Below are positions 16,140-28,289 of a stretch of DNA of 64,000 bases, in pieces. The notes below the pieces were generated by a model. The model was not told the DNA's origin and made no database searches. It saw only the letters and a list, made by a program, of their open reading frames with translations. Positions within the stretch are counted from its first letter, which is position 1, and each line of letters starts with the position of its first letter. Both the position numbers and the translations under genes were made by a program. The stretch is from Hemiscyllium ocellatum (taxonomy: Eukaryota), in the NCBI RefSeq assembly GCF_020745735.1, contig NC_083410.1, positions 3,198,117 to 3,262,116 on the forward strand. Reading direction: 5' to 3'.

Positions 16140-16174
16140 CTCTATGATGGGTGAAGCCAACTGAGGGCAATACG

Positions 16175-16475
16175 ATGTCTTAGTGGTTAGCACTGCTGTC
16201 TCACAGCACCAGCGACCTAGGTTCAATTCCACTGTTGGGCGAGTGTTTCTGTGAAGTTTGAATGCTCTCCCTACGCTTGCACGGGTTTCCTCCAGGTGCT
16301 CTGGTTTCTTCTCTCAGTCCAAGGATTTGCAGTTTAGATGGATTAGCCATGGTGAATGCAGGGTTACAGGGATAGGGTAGGAGGGTGGGTTGGGTGGGAT
16401 GCCATCTGGAGTGTTAGTGTGGACTTGATAGGCCAAATGACCTGCTTCCATGTTATAGAGTTTCTGTAATTCTAA
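16175..16475 (+). mobile_element. HE1-like SINE
   Basis: tagtggttagcactgctg...ggttcaattcc A/B boxes. Confidence 0.75.
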
Positions 16476-17538
16476 GGTCACATAATTTTTTTCTCTTATC
16501 GCCTTCCAGCTACTCAGCTCAGCAGCTAGGCCTTTTATGACTCAGACAGAATGGGTCAGTGGTGCTGCTGTCAAGCCATTCTTGCTGATGGACACTGAGG
16601 TCACCACATGAAGTACATTCTTGTGTCTTTGCCACCCTCAGGTACATCATTCAAGTTGTGGTGAACATACTGGGAGGACAACTGCATCTGATCTCCTGAC
16701 TGTGCACTAATTTAACACATATGGCCGTATCTGGGAAATTGGGACATAACGGCGTCGAGAGTAAGACCTTATCAGGCAGTTTCTCAATAAGCAAGACATA
16801 GCTCTCCTAATTTTGTAAAAGGTGTTGTCAAGGAGACCTTTGTGCGGGTTACTACTGTCGATTCCAATGTCACAGTCATTGCAAGGGAGTTTGTCCAATT
16901 TCATTCCTTTGTAGAGGCTTTGACATAAGTAAAATGTTTTACTCTTCTATTTCAGAGAAAGGTTGGGAATTAACCATATTGCTGAGAATCTAGAGGCACA
17001 TGTAGGTTAAACCAGGTAAGGATGAGATCTCTTTCTCTAAAATTACATTAGCCAAATTAGATATGCTAGTTCAATATTCATCAATGGTTACATGGCCATC
17101 TTTAAGTTAGTTTTTAATTCTGGTTATATTGATTTCAAACTTCAGCAGCTGCTATAGTGGGATTCATCCTCACAGTGGCAGAACATAATCCCAGGTCTCA
17201 GAATTATTAATCCAGTGGCATTATCACTATGCACCATCTCCACTCCCTTTATAATCTTGTAGCTTTGTGATTAAACTGGAAAAGACTCATTTGTTGGTTT
17301 TGTTTTAAGAACTTTACAAATATTCATGCCAACAGTATCATAAGTTGCTCTTCAGTCTAAATGACAGGTTCACTCTTGGCTACCCCACAGCCAGTAAGAT
17401 TGTCCCACCCTCACTGCTCAGCTCAGAACCTCCAGACTGAGAGTACTGAAAGTGACTGATTTCCAGGGGTCCAAGAGTGTATGTTATCAAACCCTGAAAC
17501 CAGGCCAGCCCCTTCACACTGTGCTGCAGATACCTCAC

Positions 17539-17669
17539 CTTTGTTGGGTAAATAGCACTGGAGGGGAAGGCTTCAAGCGATGTCATATCTGTGTACTTGC
17601 GTTCAATGGTTTTTTTTGTAGCTGGACAGTAATGAACACTACGGACCACTTTGGGACGCACTAGTGAAC
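17539..17669 (-). CDS. MCM3: MCM3 exon 4 ([43 protein letters not shown])
   Basis: 131 nt; ttgcAG acceptor, GTGAGG donor. Confidence 0.96.
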
Positions 17670-18191
17670 CTGCAATGAGAACCGACAGCATTAGTGATAA
17701 ATTCTGTTTAAGGACAATGACTGTTCACCTCGATGTGGTGTGCAGGAGACAAGAGTTTACAATGTCACATGAGGGGAAAAGGACACCTATGTTAACCACC
17801 CAGCTCATTATTCCTCATCCCAGCAAAAATATTCAAGTTACTTTAAAGCACAACTTATCCAGTCATCTAACACAAGCAAGATCTCAAACTGCATCCAACA
17901 ATCAACAAGTATCTGGCAGCACTGACTGAAGTCGAAGGTTGATTGCAAACCCAAGGAGACTCCTTGTTCTTCAAATGGAGATCTTTCAAAAACACAGGAA
18001 TCACTTGGAAAAGCAGTCTGTCTTTAACTTAACATTACCAGCAACGAATCATTCTCACAATGCAGCATTAAGCTATGAACTGATTACTACATGTTCATTT
18101 TCCTCACTCGCTGTGAACCAACTGCCAGCAGTCACGAACAAAACAAAACGCAAATTGAGCAGAACCTAGTCTCACCCAATCAGATACTCAC

Positions 18192-18400
18192 ATTTGATCA
18201 CAATTCCCTCCACACACACAACATTGCTGAGAAACCTAGAGGTCAAGGTTCGTGGGCTGACGTGGTTAGATCCGAAGCTGCCTTCCAGTCCGACGTAAAA
18301 ATCCTCAAACTGTTTGGCATAGGTGGCATCAATTGAGGCAACAAAGTCCTTCAGCGCTCGCTGGAAGGCCAAGAGTTCTTCAAAGGAATTGCTCAGCAGT
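18192..18400 (-). CDS. MCM3: MCM3 exon 3 ([20 protein letters not shown]...[24 protein letters not shown])
   Basis: 209 nt; tctctcAG acceptor, GTGAGT donor; overlaps ORF 18172..18372. Confidence 0.96.
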
Positions 18401-18964
18401 CTGAGAGAAAATTAGACAAAGGTTAATTGCTCAGTGCATTAGCATCAGGCTTTCGAATGTTAAACCGAAGCCCCCAAACCAGCCCCAGTTCCGAGAGCAG
18501 TAAGGGTCAGGAACCAGAGATGACAGATTTTACTGGAAAATGAACCAAAGTCATGAGGTTTGTTTTAACAAAAAGGTGAGCTTTGATCTGGAATGCACTG
18601 AAGGTAGTGGCTACAAATTCAATGATAACTCTGAAAAGAAATCAGTTCAATGCTTGAAACTTTGCAGGCTAGCAGTGACGGAGCTAACTATTGAGGCTTA
18701 ACTGGACAGACTCTTTAAACAGCCAGTATGAGCATGATGGGCTGAGTTGACTCGTGGGATGCTGTACATCTCTTGGAACAAGAAAATGGAACAGAATATC
18801 AATGCAGAAACAGATACTACATGATTATTCCACCAGATCCAGCACATTTAAAAATTGCTTTTCAAATAAATAAGAAATTTCCTTAGATCGAGGATTGAGA
18901 ATCTCTGGAATTTGTTTTCTTTTCTTACCTATCCGCAAGGTGTGGATATGGCTGTCATTTTGAT

Positions 18965-19275
18965 TAGGTTCCCTACAGTGTGGAAACAGGCCCTTTGGCC
19001 CAACCAGTCCGCACCGACCCTTGGAAGAGTAACCCACCCAGTCCCATTTCCCTCTGACTAATGCACCTCGCACCACGGGCAATTTAGCATGGCCAATTCA
19101 CCTGACCTACACATCTTTGGACTGTGGGAGGAAGCGCACACAGAAACGGGGAGAATGTGCAAACTCCACACAGACAGTCGCCCGAGGCTGGGACTGAACC
19201 TGGGTCCCTGGTGCTGTGAGGCAGCAGTGCTGATCACTAAGCCACCCTGCCACCCCATGAGCCACTGTGCCACCT
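18965..19275 (-). mobile_element. HE1-like SINE
   Basis: same family as 40425, 41760, 61780. Confidence 0.8.
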
Positions 19276-19579
19276 TGGTGCTTAGCCAGCATTTATCATC
19301 CATTTCTAATTGGCCTGGAGAAAGTGTCAGAAGGCTGCCGAAGGAGCAGAGGATGTTCATTGTGGACTGAGATCGATAATAGAATATAAAACTGATCGGA
19401 AAAAGTGACAGCTGACACTGAAGATCAATTATTATCTTACTGAACAGCTGAGCATGTTCAAGCAGAATGAAGCCTGACCCAGCTCCTAAAGGGTAAGATT
19501 TTTAATTTAAGACAAGAACAGTATACAATAATGAGGAAGCAAAATAGATACAGGTAAGGGAACCTAGAAAGGTACTTAC

Positions 19580-19692
19580 TCTGCTGCTCTTTTTTCATTC
19601 TTTCTACGTAGGTCATTGATGTTGACAATCAGTCGGTACAAGTTGTCATTGATCATGTCCCTCACCTTACTTTGGTAAATCCCCTGGTCTTG
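19580..19692 (-). CDS. MCM3: MCM3 exon 2 ([37 protein letters not shown])
   Basis: 113 nt; cacAG acceptor, GTAAGT donor; translated by hand; missed by the ORF track. Confidence 0.95.
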
Positions 19693-20230
19693 CTGTGGAC
19701 ATGAATACAAAAACTTCGTCTGAAATTCCTTCAGCGGCTTCTTTACCATTCAAAAACTCGCGAAAGCAACTGATTAAATCATCATTAGGGACATAACCAT
19801 CTTTGGTGACAGGTGAAAAACATTGCTGGAATCAGAGCAGTAGCCATGGAGACAAAACAAGCAAGAGTTTTGAGTCTTGGTGGCTCTTCATCAAGTGACT
19901 GCTATCAAATTGTACTGACTTGGTTATGTGGAAGGCAGTTTCACCCATGAAAGGGAACGAAATAAAAACAAAATGCTGCATAAACGTGACATGTCTGTCA
20001 GCATCTTCAGAACCACTACTGTTTTTTAAAAATTCATTCATGGGACATGGGCATTACTGGCTGGGCCAGTATTTATGATCCGTCCCTGGTCACCCTTGAG
20101 AAGGTCATGGTGAGCTGCCTTCTTAAACCACTGCAGTCCATGTACTGTAGGTTCTTTTGAATAAGATCAAGTCAGACCCAATGTGTTAACTCATTCTCTG
20201 TACACCCCAGTCCAACGTTGTCCGCATATA

Positions 20231-20465
20231 AAGTTAAAAATCACACAACACCAGGTTATAGTCCAACAGGTTTAATTGTAAGGACACTAGCTTTCGGAGC
20301 GCCGCTCCTTCATCAGGTGGTTGTGGAGGACACAACTGTAAGGCACAGAATTTATAGCAAATATTCTGTGTCTTACAATTGTGTCTTCCACGACCTGGTG
20401 AAGGAGCGGCGCTCCGAAAGCTAATGTCCTTACAATTAAACCTGTTGGGCTATAACTTTTTAACT
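20231..20465. mobile_element. Hairpin Penelope-derived element, family B
   Basis: inverted arms about 20255-20351 and 20363-20456. Confidence 0.8.
20285..20319 (-). ncRNA. Minimal hammerhead ribozyme motif, family B, intact, on the MCM3 sense strand
   Basis: CAC-CUGAUGA-A-GGAGC(GGC)GCUCC-GAAAG-CUA-GUG. Confidence 0.72.
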
Positions 20466-20835
20466 CTACGGAGGCTGAGGGGTGACCTTATAGAGGTTTA
20501 CAAAATTATGAGGGGCATGGACAGGATAAACAGACAAAGTCTTTTCCCTGGGGTCGGGGAGTCCAGCACTATAGGGCATAGGTTTAGGGTGAGAGGGGAA
20601 AGATATAAAAGAGACCTAAGGGGCAATTTTTTCAAGCAGAGGGTGGTACGTGTATGGAATTAGCTGCCAGAGGATGTGGTGGAGGCTGGTACAATTGCAA
20701 CATTTAAGAGGCATTCGGATGGGTATATGAATAGGAAGGGTTTGGAGGGATATTGGCCGGGTGCTGGCAGGTGGGACTAGATTGGGTTGGGATATCTGGT
20801 CAGCATGGACGAGTTGGACCGAAGGGTCTGACTCT
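20466..20835 (+). mobile_element. CR1 LINE 3' end
   Basis: RRLRGDLIEVYKIMRGMDR...FFKQRVVRVWN. Confidence 0.9.
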
Positions 20836-21520
20836 ATATGTGGATGCTGCCAGCCTGCTGACTTCTCCAGCATCCCTGGTTTATATTTCACATCTCTTTG
20901 TACTTTGGTTTCAGCATGATGAGTGAGTAACTGTGAAGGTTTTTAGGAAGCGATAGATACTTGATAAGTAAGAGAGAAGAACTGTTTAAGGGAGTAACTG
21001 AAGAACCAGAGTAATTGGATCAGCTTTGATCTTGCTAAAAGGTAAAGCAGGACTGAGAGACAGAGTGGTCTCTCACTTCTTGTCTGTGAGCTCCATGTAT
21101 AATAATTCATTTCAAACATTCATCTTGAGACAAAGTATGAACAATGAGGACATGAGTCAGGCAAATACCATTGGATGTTGCTTGGCAACAGGGAGGCGGT
21201 ACAGGGACAGAGATCAGAGGCCAAAAGACTGGAGGAAGAGTCACTGGAAGTGAAATGTCAACTCTACTTTCTGCCCACAGATGCTACCAAATGTTTTGAG
21301 TTTCATTAGGAAGTCCTGCAGTAGTTTGTTTCAAATGTCCAGCATCTGCAGTTCTTTGTTTTACCTTATGCCAGGAGACATTCAGATTTCAGGACAAGAG
21401 GGTACTTGAAGTACAAGACAAGTGAGCGGACGGTTGCGGGAGATGGGCAAGGGATGGGGCATGGTAGAGAGCCATGGTTTGGAGTGGGAGAATGAAAGGG
21501 GAGGGGCATGGCTTGTTGTG

Positions 21521-22603
21521 GGGTGCTATGGGGAGGGGATGGTTTGGAGTCTGGGGGGACTATAGGGAGGGATGGTGTGGAATCAGGGGGGCCTATGGGG
21601 AGGGGACAGTGTCGGGGGGGGCTATGGGGAGGGGATGGTGTGGAGTCAGGGGGCTATGGGGAGGGGATGGTGTGGAGTCGGGGGGGCTGTGGGGAGGGGA
21701 TGGTGTGGAGTCAGGGGGCTATGGGGAGGGGATGGTGTGGAGTCAGGGGGCTATGGGGAGGGGATGGTGTGGAGTCGGGGGGGCTGTGGGGAGGGGATGG
21801 TGTGGAGTCAGGGGGCTATGGGGAGGGGATGGTGTGGAGTCGGGGGGCTGTGGGGAGGGGATGGTGTGGAGTCAGGGGGGGCTGTGGGGAGGGGATGGTG
21901 TGGAGTCGGGGGGGCTATGGGGAGGGGATGGTGTGGAGTCACGGGGCTATGGGGAGGGGATGGTGTGGAGTCAGGGGGCTATGGGGAGGGGATGGTGTGG
22001 AGTCACGGGGCTATGGGGAGGGGATGGTGTGGAGTCAGGGGGGCTATGGGGAGGGGATGGTGTGGAGTCGGGGGGCTGTGGGGAGGGGATGGTGTGGAGT
22101 CGGGGGGCTGTGGGGAGGGGATGGTGTGGAGTCGGGGGGCTATGGGGAGGGGATGGTGTGGAGTCGGGGGGCTGTGGGGAGGGGATGGTGTGGAGTCGGG
22201 GGGCTGTGGGGAGGGGATGGTGTGGAGTCGGGGGGCTATGGGGAGGGGATGGTGTGGAGTCGGGGGGCTGTGGGGAGGGGATGGTGTGGAGTCGGGGGGC
22301 TGTGGGGAGGGGATGGTGTGGAGTCGGGGGGCTGTGGGGAGGGGATGGTGTGGAGTCGGGGGGCTGTGGGGAGGGGATGGTGTGGAGTCGGGGGGCTATG
22401 GGGAGGGGATGGTGTGGAGTCGGGGGGGCTATGGGGAGGGGATGGTGTGGAGTCAGGGGGGGCTGTGGGGAGGGGATGGTGTGGAGTCAGGGGGGGCTGT
22501 GGGGAGGGGATGGTGTGGAGTCAGGGGGGGCTGTGGGGAGGGGATGGTGTGGAGTCGGGGGGGCTGTGGGGAGGGGATGGTGTGGAGTCGGGGGGCTGTG
22601 GGG
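21521..22603 (+). repeat. G-rich 32-bp minisatellite in MCM3 intron 1, about 33 copies
   Basis: unit CTRTGGGGAGGGGATGGTGTGGAGTCRGGGGG. Confidence 0.95.
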
Positions 22604-22733
22604 CAAGGGGAGTGCGGGGAGGTCACCTCCCGGGGACAGAGCAGACCCAAGCCCCGGGGTTGGCGGGGGGGGGGGGACTCAGGCCGATCTCTCCCATTAC
22701 CCCGCCCCGCCAGCGGTGCCCCCTATCGCCCAC

Positions 22734-22802
22734 CTCATCATCCAGGAAGTCCAGGTATTGTCTCTGAGCTTCTCTCAGGCTCGGATCCTCCGCCGCCGCC
22801 AT
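22734..22802 (-). CDS. MCM3: MCM3 coding exon 1 (MAAAEDPSLREAQRQYLDFLDDE)
   Basis: ATG at 22802; 23 codons matching the MCM3 N-terminus (LREAQRxYLDFLDDE); GT donor at 22733, phase 0. Confidence 0.95.
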
Positions 22803-22814
22803 TTCCACCGCTGC

Positions 22815-22880
22815 AGCTTTCCCGCCAAAGCCAGTCACGTGGGATCGACTTACGCGCGAAAAACCCACGACCAATCAGAG
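22815..22880 (-). promoter_or_regulatory. MCM3 core promoter/5'UTR: E2F sites, E-box, CCAAT box
   Basis: TTTCCCGCCAAA 22818-22829 and GCGCGAAA 22854-22861 (E2F), GTCACGTG 22834-22841, CCAATCAG 22871-22878; MCM genes are classic E2F/NF-Y targets. Confidence 0.8.
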
Positions 22881-22902
22881 AACTCGGCCTCTGTCACATA
22901 GA

Positions 22903-23540
22903 CGCCCCCTGAACACCGTCCCCGCCCCCTGAACACGTCTCCGCCCACTGGACATGTCTCCGCCCACTGGACATGTCTCCGCCCACTGGACATGTCTCCG
23001 CCCACTGGACGTGTCTCCGCCCACTGGAACGTCTCCGCCCACTGGACATGTCTCCGCCCACTGGACATGTCTCCGCCCACTGGACATGTCTCCGCCCACT
23101 GGACACGTCTCTGCCCCTGACCATGGTCCCCGCCCCATGGAGACAGGCTCTTTCTCCGGGAGACTGGCCCCGCCCCCTGGACTCTGCCTCGCCCCCGGAC
23201 TCGTCTCCGCCCCTGACCATAGTCCCTGCCACCTGGAGAGAGGCCCTTTCTCCGGGAGACCGGCCCCGCCCCCTGAACACTGTCCCCGCCCCCTGAACAT
23301 TGTCCCCGCCCCCTGGACTCTGCCTCGCCCCCGGACTCGTCTCCGCCCTGACCATGGTCCCCGCCCCCTGAACACCGTCCCCGCCCCTGGACACGTCTCC
23401 GCCCCTGCCCATGGTCCCCGCCCCCTAGAGACAACTCCTTTCTCCGGGAGTCCGGCCCCGCCCCTGAAGGGCTCGCTCTGCCCTATCGTCACTGACCCCA
23501 CCCCCTTGGCACTGGCCCCGCCCTGAGATCAGGCCACGCC
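22903..23540. repeat. GC-box minisatellite in the MCM3 promoter (19-20 bp period)
   Basis: 9 copies of GTCTCCGCCCACTGGACAT followed by diverged and higher-order units; about 23 CCGCCC cores. Confidence 0.9.
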
Positions 23541-23994
23541 CATTTAAAGGGACCAACCCAGGGATGGAGGAGGGCTCTCTTTAATATAATGAATGGACAC
23601 TAGAAATCTGAAATAAAAACAGAACAAAAGGGTTGTAAAAGTCAGGGATTTTAATTTTTTGAACATAGACTGGTTCTACCATAGTGTGTAAGGGCTTGGA
23701 TGGTGAGGAATTTGTTAAGAGCTTCCAGCCAAATTAGTGACCGAGGACCAATGTTCCTGAGCCCAGGGGTCTGGAGATACAGACACTTTTCCTTTTTGTT
23801 CTTCTTTATTTGCTTTTCCCAAGGAAATTGACTTTTCCCCAGGGTAGGGATGTTGAGAAGTGGAGGGCACAGTGAGGGGCAACTTTTTCACGCAGTACGT
23901 GTATGGAATGAGCTGCCAGAGGAATTGGTGGAGGCTGGTACAATTACAACATTTAAGAGGCATTTGGATGGGTATATGGTTTCGTGAGATTTGG

Positions 23995-24630
23995 GCCAAA
24001 TGCAGGAAAGAGATTGAGTGCTTAGTGGCATGGTGTAAAGACACCAATCTCTGCATCAACATCAGCAAAATAAAGAAGCTGGTCATTGACTTCAGAAAGC
24101 AGAGTGGAGGATACGTTTCTGTCTGCATCAATAGTACTGAGGTGGAGATGGCCGAGACCATGATGTTTCTGGGAGTAATAATCACCAACAATCTGTCCTG
24201 GTCCACCCACGTGGATGCTACTGTCAAAGAAATTTGGCATGACCACAAAGCTCTGACTAATTTTTATAGATGCACCATAGAAAGCATTCTATCCAGATGC
24301 TTCACAGCTTGGTATGTCAATTGCTCTGCCTAAGACCACCAGAAATTACAGAGAGCTCAGTCTATCGTGCAAACCAGCCTCCCCATCCATTGCCTCCATC
24401 TCCACTTCCCATTGCCGCAAGAAAGCAACAAACATTATCAAAGATCCCTCCCACCACAGTTCTACTCTCTTCCAATCTCTTCCATCAGGTAGAAGACATA
24501 AACATGTACAAACAGATTCAAGAACAGCCTTTTCTCCCCTGTTATTAAATGTTTGAATGGTCATTTCAAACGTCAATGTTGATCTCTCCCTGTGTAGCTG
24601 TAACACTGCAGTCTGAACCCTGTTCTGCTC
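23995..24630 (+). mobile_element. Rex1/Babar-type LINE 3' fragment; antisense copy at about 26160-26660
   Basis: LVAWCKDTNLCINISKIKKLVIDFRK...FLGVIITNNLSWSTH. Confidence 0.7.
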
Positions 24631-27189
24631 CTGAAGAATTGCTAGAAGTACTCGGCAGCTCTGCCAGCATCTATGGAGAGAAAAAACAGTGATAATGTTT
24701 CATGTCCTGTATGACCCATCTTAAATTCTGATTCAATGGACTCAAAATGCTAACCCTGTTTCTCTCAGCTCATTCCATACACAACCCTCTATGTGAAAAA
24801 GTTGCCCCTCAGGTTCTTTTCAAATCTTTTCCCTCTCACCTTAAACCTGTGCCCTCTACTTCTGAACTCCCCTAAACTGGGGAAAAGACCTTGTCTATTT
24901 ACCTAGACTGATGATTTTATAAACCTCTGTAAGGTCACCCCTGAGCCTTCGAAGGCTGTGAGGGTCAGTGTGCTATGAATTAATTGTGCTGTTCATGACA
25001 AGCTGAGTGTGACCTCACCCAGGTGTATAATTTCCAGCACACATGTTCAACGGTTGAGTGTTGAGAATAGGCAGCAGGCTGATTAGTTTTCCCACTTTTC
25101 CCTCTTTTGGGGGCTTTCTGTCCTTTACAATGTCCTCTGTGATTGAACCTTGCTGTTCACTTGCACACTGTACACCATCATTGAGAATGCTTAGCATCCC
25201 AAGGGCTTTCATACAGACCAGGCCCTGGCAAAGCTGCTGTCAAGTCACAAGGCTGTGTTTAATTATTCTCTGTTTGTGTAAAGCTTTCAACTAAAGCCCA
25301 CATGATTGTAAACTGTTTTCAGAGGGTTTGTTTTGCAGGAGGTACCAGCTGATGTTCCTTTGTGATGTGAAGCAGCCTCTGTGAGGTCAGGCAGTGGAAA
25401 TGTGCTATTTTGCAGCATTCATCAGCTGGCTCTGTGGTTCTCCCTGATACCCTGGTTATCAATGTACATCACTCTGCCTTCTGCTGGAACCTGCAGTCTG
25501 GTCCCACGTGGATCAAGCCTTGATTTCTCTAACTTTCGGTGAGAGCCCACCGTGTTGGACAAGTGAGTTTTCACCTCTCTGCAGTCAGTGCTGTCAACTC
25601 CAGATTGGGCTTGGCCAAGGGATAGCTTCTTCAGTGACCTGGGGATTTTAAAAAAGAACAACTTGTACTTTTTAATTGTCTGAGATCATGCGAGTCAGAT
25701 TGTGCCTGTCAGCAATTGTACTTGAGAGAGCACTAACAAACAAATGAACATGTGTTAGAATGGTTTACTATGTGTACAAAACAGCTATTTGAATTCCAAT
25801 GTATATCTGTGTGTATGTGTGTGTGAGAGAGAGAGAATGTGAGTGTGTTTGTGTGAGAGTATCTGTGAGTGTGAGTGCCTGTGCGTGTATGTGAGTCTGA
25901 GAATGAATGTATGTTTGGGTGTCTGTCTGTTTCTGTGTGTAGAGGGGAGAGATGTGGGAATGTGTGGGATTTTTAATTGTCTGTCCGCTCTAACAGAATG
26001 ATAGGGCAGCTTTGATGGGCTGAATGGCCTTCTATGTCCAACAAACACTCCTCAGTCACATGGTCAGTTGTAGTTATTCACCAAACACAGTGTTCAATCT
26101 CCTCCAGTAAACCAGGAACACAGACAGTGTGGAGGGCTTACCAGAGTGGGAGGACTTTTAATTCAATTTGATTTATTGTCACATGTACATAGGTACAGTG
26201 AAAAGGTTTGTTTTGTGTGCAGTACAGGCAGATCATACCATACAGAACTCATAGGGTGATAGAACAGAGCAAGGAATACAATGTTATGGCTGCAAAGAAG
26301 GTGCACATAAAGCAAAATCAGCATTAGATTAAAAATCTGAGAGGTCCAGTCAGCAATCTAATAACAGCGGGGATGAAACTGTCCTTGAACCTCCTAGTGC
26401 ATATGTTTCAGTTTTTCTACCTTCTACTTGATGGAGGAGGTTGGAAGAGATTATAACTGGGATGGCAGGGGTCTTTGATGATGTTGGCTGCCTTTCTGAG
26501 GCAGTGAGAGGTGTAGCCAGGGTCAATGGATGGGCGGCTGGTTTGTGTGATGGACTGGCCTGTCTTCACAAGTCTCTGTAGTTTCTTACAGTCCTGGACG
26601 CAGCAGTTGCTGCTAAACTGTGATGCATCTAGACATAGGCGGTCCCTCAGCATGCACTGATATCTCCCAAGTTATTCAGGGCTTGTCTCAAAACATTGTT
26701 TTTGAAAAATATCTAATTTGAACTGGATCAGTGCTGACAACTCTGACTGCCTTCCCCAAGCCTGTTCCTTGGCTTGGCCACTCTCTATTGATTATTTTCA
26801 AAGTCCCTGTTGCTCTTGCCCGCCTGTTCCAATTCCTGACCGTGAGCCATGGTTCTCAGTCCCGGACACATTGAGAAAGACTGGGCAGCACCAGCACCAG
26901 CTCATGATAATAAAAATAACTGATTCACACTGTCAGATAAAGTTGCTGTATTTCAGAAACAAAAGCAGAAATTGCTGGAGAAACCCAGCAAGTCTGGCAG
27001 CATTTGTCCAGAACAGGTTTGCTCTGAAGAAGGGTCATTCAACTCAAAATGTTAACTCTGTTTCTCTCTCCACAGATGCTGACAGACCTGCTGAGTTTCT
27101 CCAGCAACTTCTGCTATTGTTTCTGATTTCCAGCATCCACACTTTATTGGCTGTTTGTTAGCTGTGTGTCAGCCTGTGTGGACCATTAG

Positions 27190-27929
27190 CAGAGAGAGGG
27201 CAAGGGAGACAGGGAGAGAGAGAGAGAGATGGAGAGAGATGGGGGGGTGGGGGTGGGGAAGAGAGAGAGAGAGAGACGGAGAGAGAGAGAGAGAGACGGA
27301 GAGAGATGGGGGGGAAGAGAGAGAGAGACAGAGAGAGATGGAAAGAGGGGGAGAGAGAGAGGNNNNNNNNNNNNNNNNNNNNNNNNNNNNNNNNNNNNNN
27401 NNNNNNNNNNNNNNNNNNNNNNNNNNNNNNNNNNNNNNNNNNNNNNNNNNNNNNNNNNNNNNNNNNNNNNNNNNNNNNNNNNNNNNNNNNNNNNNNNNNN
27501 NAGAGACAGAGGGCAAGGGAGACGGGGGAGAGAGAGATGGAGAGAGATGGGGGGTGAAGAGAGAGAGGTGGAGAGAGATGGGGGGGTGGGGGTGGGGAAG
27601 AGAGAGAGAGAGAGAGACGGAGAGAGAGAGAGAGAGACGGAGAGAGATGGGGGGGAAGAGAGAGAGAGACAGAGAGAGATGGAAAGAGGGGGAGAGAGAG
27701 AGGGGGGAGAGANNNNNNNNNNNNNNNNNNNNNNNNNNNNNNNNNNNNNNNNNNNNNNNNNNNNNNNNNNNNNNNNNNNNNNNNNNNNNNNNNNNNNNNN
27801 NNNNNNNNNNNNNNNNNNNNNNNNNNNNNNNNNNNNNNNNAGAGACAGAGGGCAAGGGAGACGGGGGAGAGAGAGATGGAGAGAGATGGGGGGTGAAGAG
27901 AGAGAGGTGGAGAGAGATGGGGGGGGTGG

Positions 27930-27960
<31 letters not shown>

Positions 27961-28285
27961 CAAGGGAGACAGGGAGAGAGATGGAGAGAGGGGGTGAGGG
28001 GAGAGAGAGAGAGCAAGGGAGACAGGGAGAGAGATGGAGAGAGGGGGTGGGGGGAGAGAGAGAAAGAGAGAGAGCAAGGGAGACAGGGAGAGAGATGGAG
28101 AGAGATGGGGGGAGAGAGAGAGAGAGAGAAAAGAGAGAGGCAGATAGACAGACAGACAGAGACACAGAAAGGGGAGACAGTGAGGGAGTGAGGAGGAGAG
28201 AGGGAGTGGGGAGGAGAGAGAGAAGGAGGAAGGGAGAGAGAGGCAGAGAGAGAGGGAGGTAGGGAGAGGGAGTGAGGGAGAGGGA
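27190..28285. repeat. GA-rich low-complexity tandem array with two assembly gaps (27363-27501, 27713-27840)
   Basis: purine-rich strand; identical sequence follows both N runs. Confidence 0.9.
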
Positions 28286-28289
28286 GTTT

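Noticed and set aside
21474-22912. Three long Gly-rich ORFs (419-475 aa) antisense to MCM3
   Set aside because: The 32-bp repeat has no stop codon in any plus frame; these are translation artefacts
22850-23526. Overlapping ORFs of 107-208 aa
   Set aside because: Translations of the promoter minisatellite
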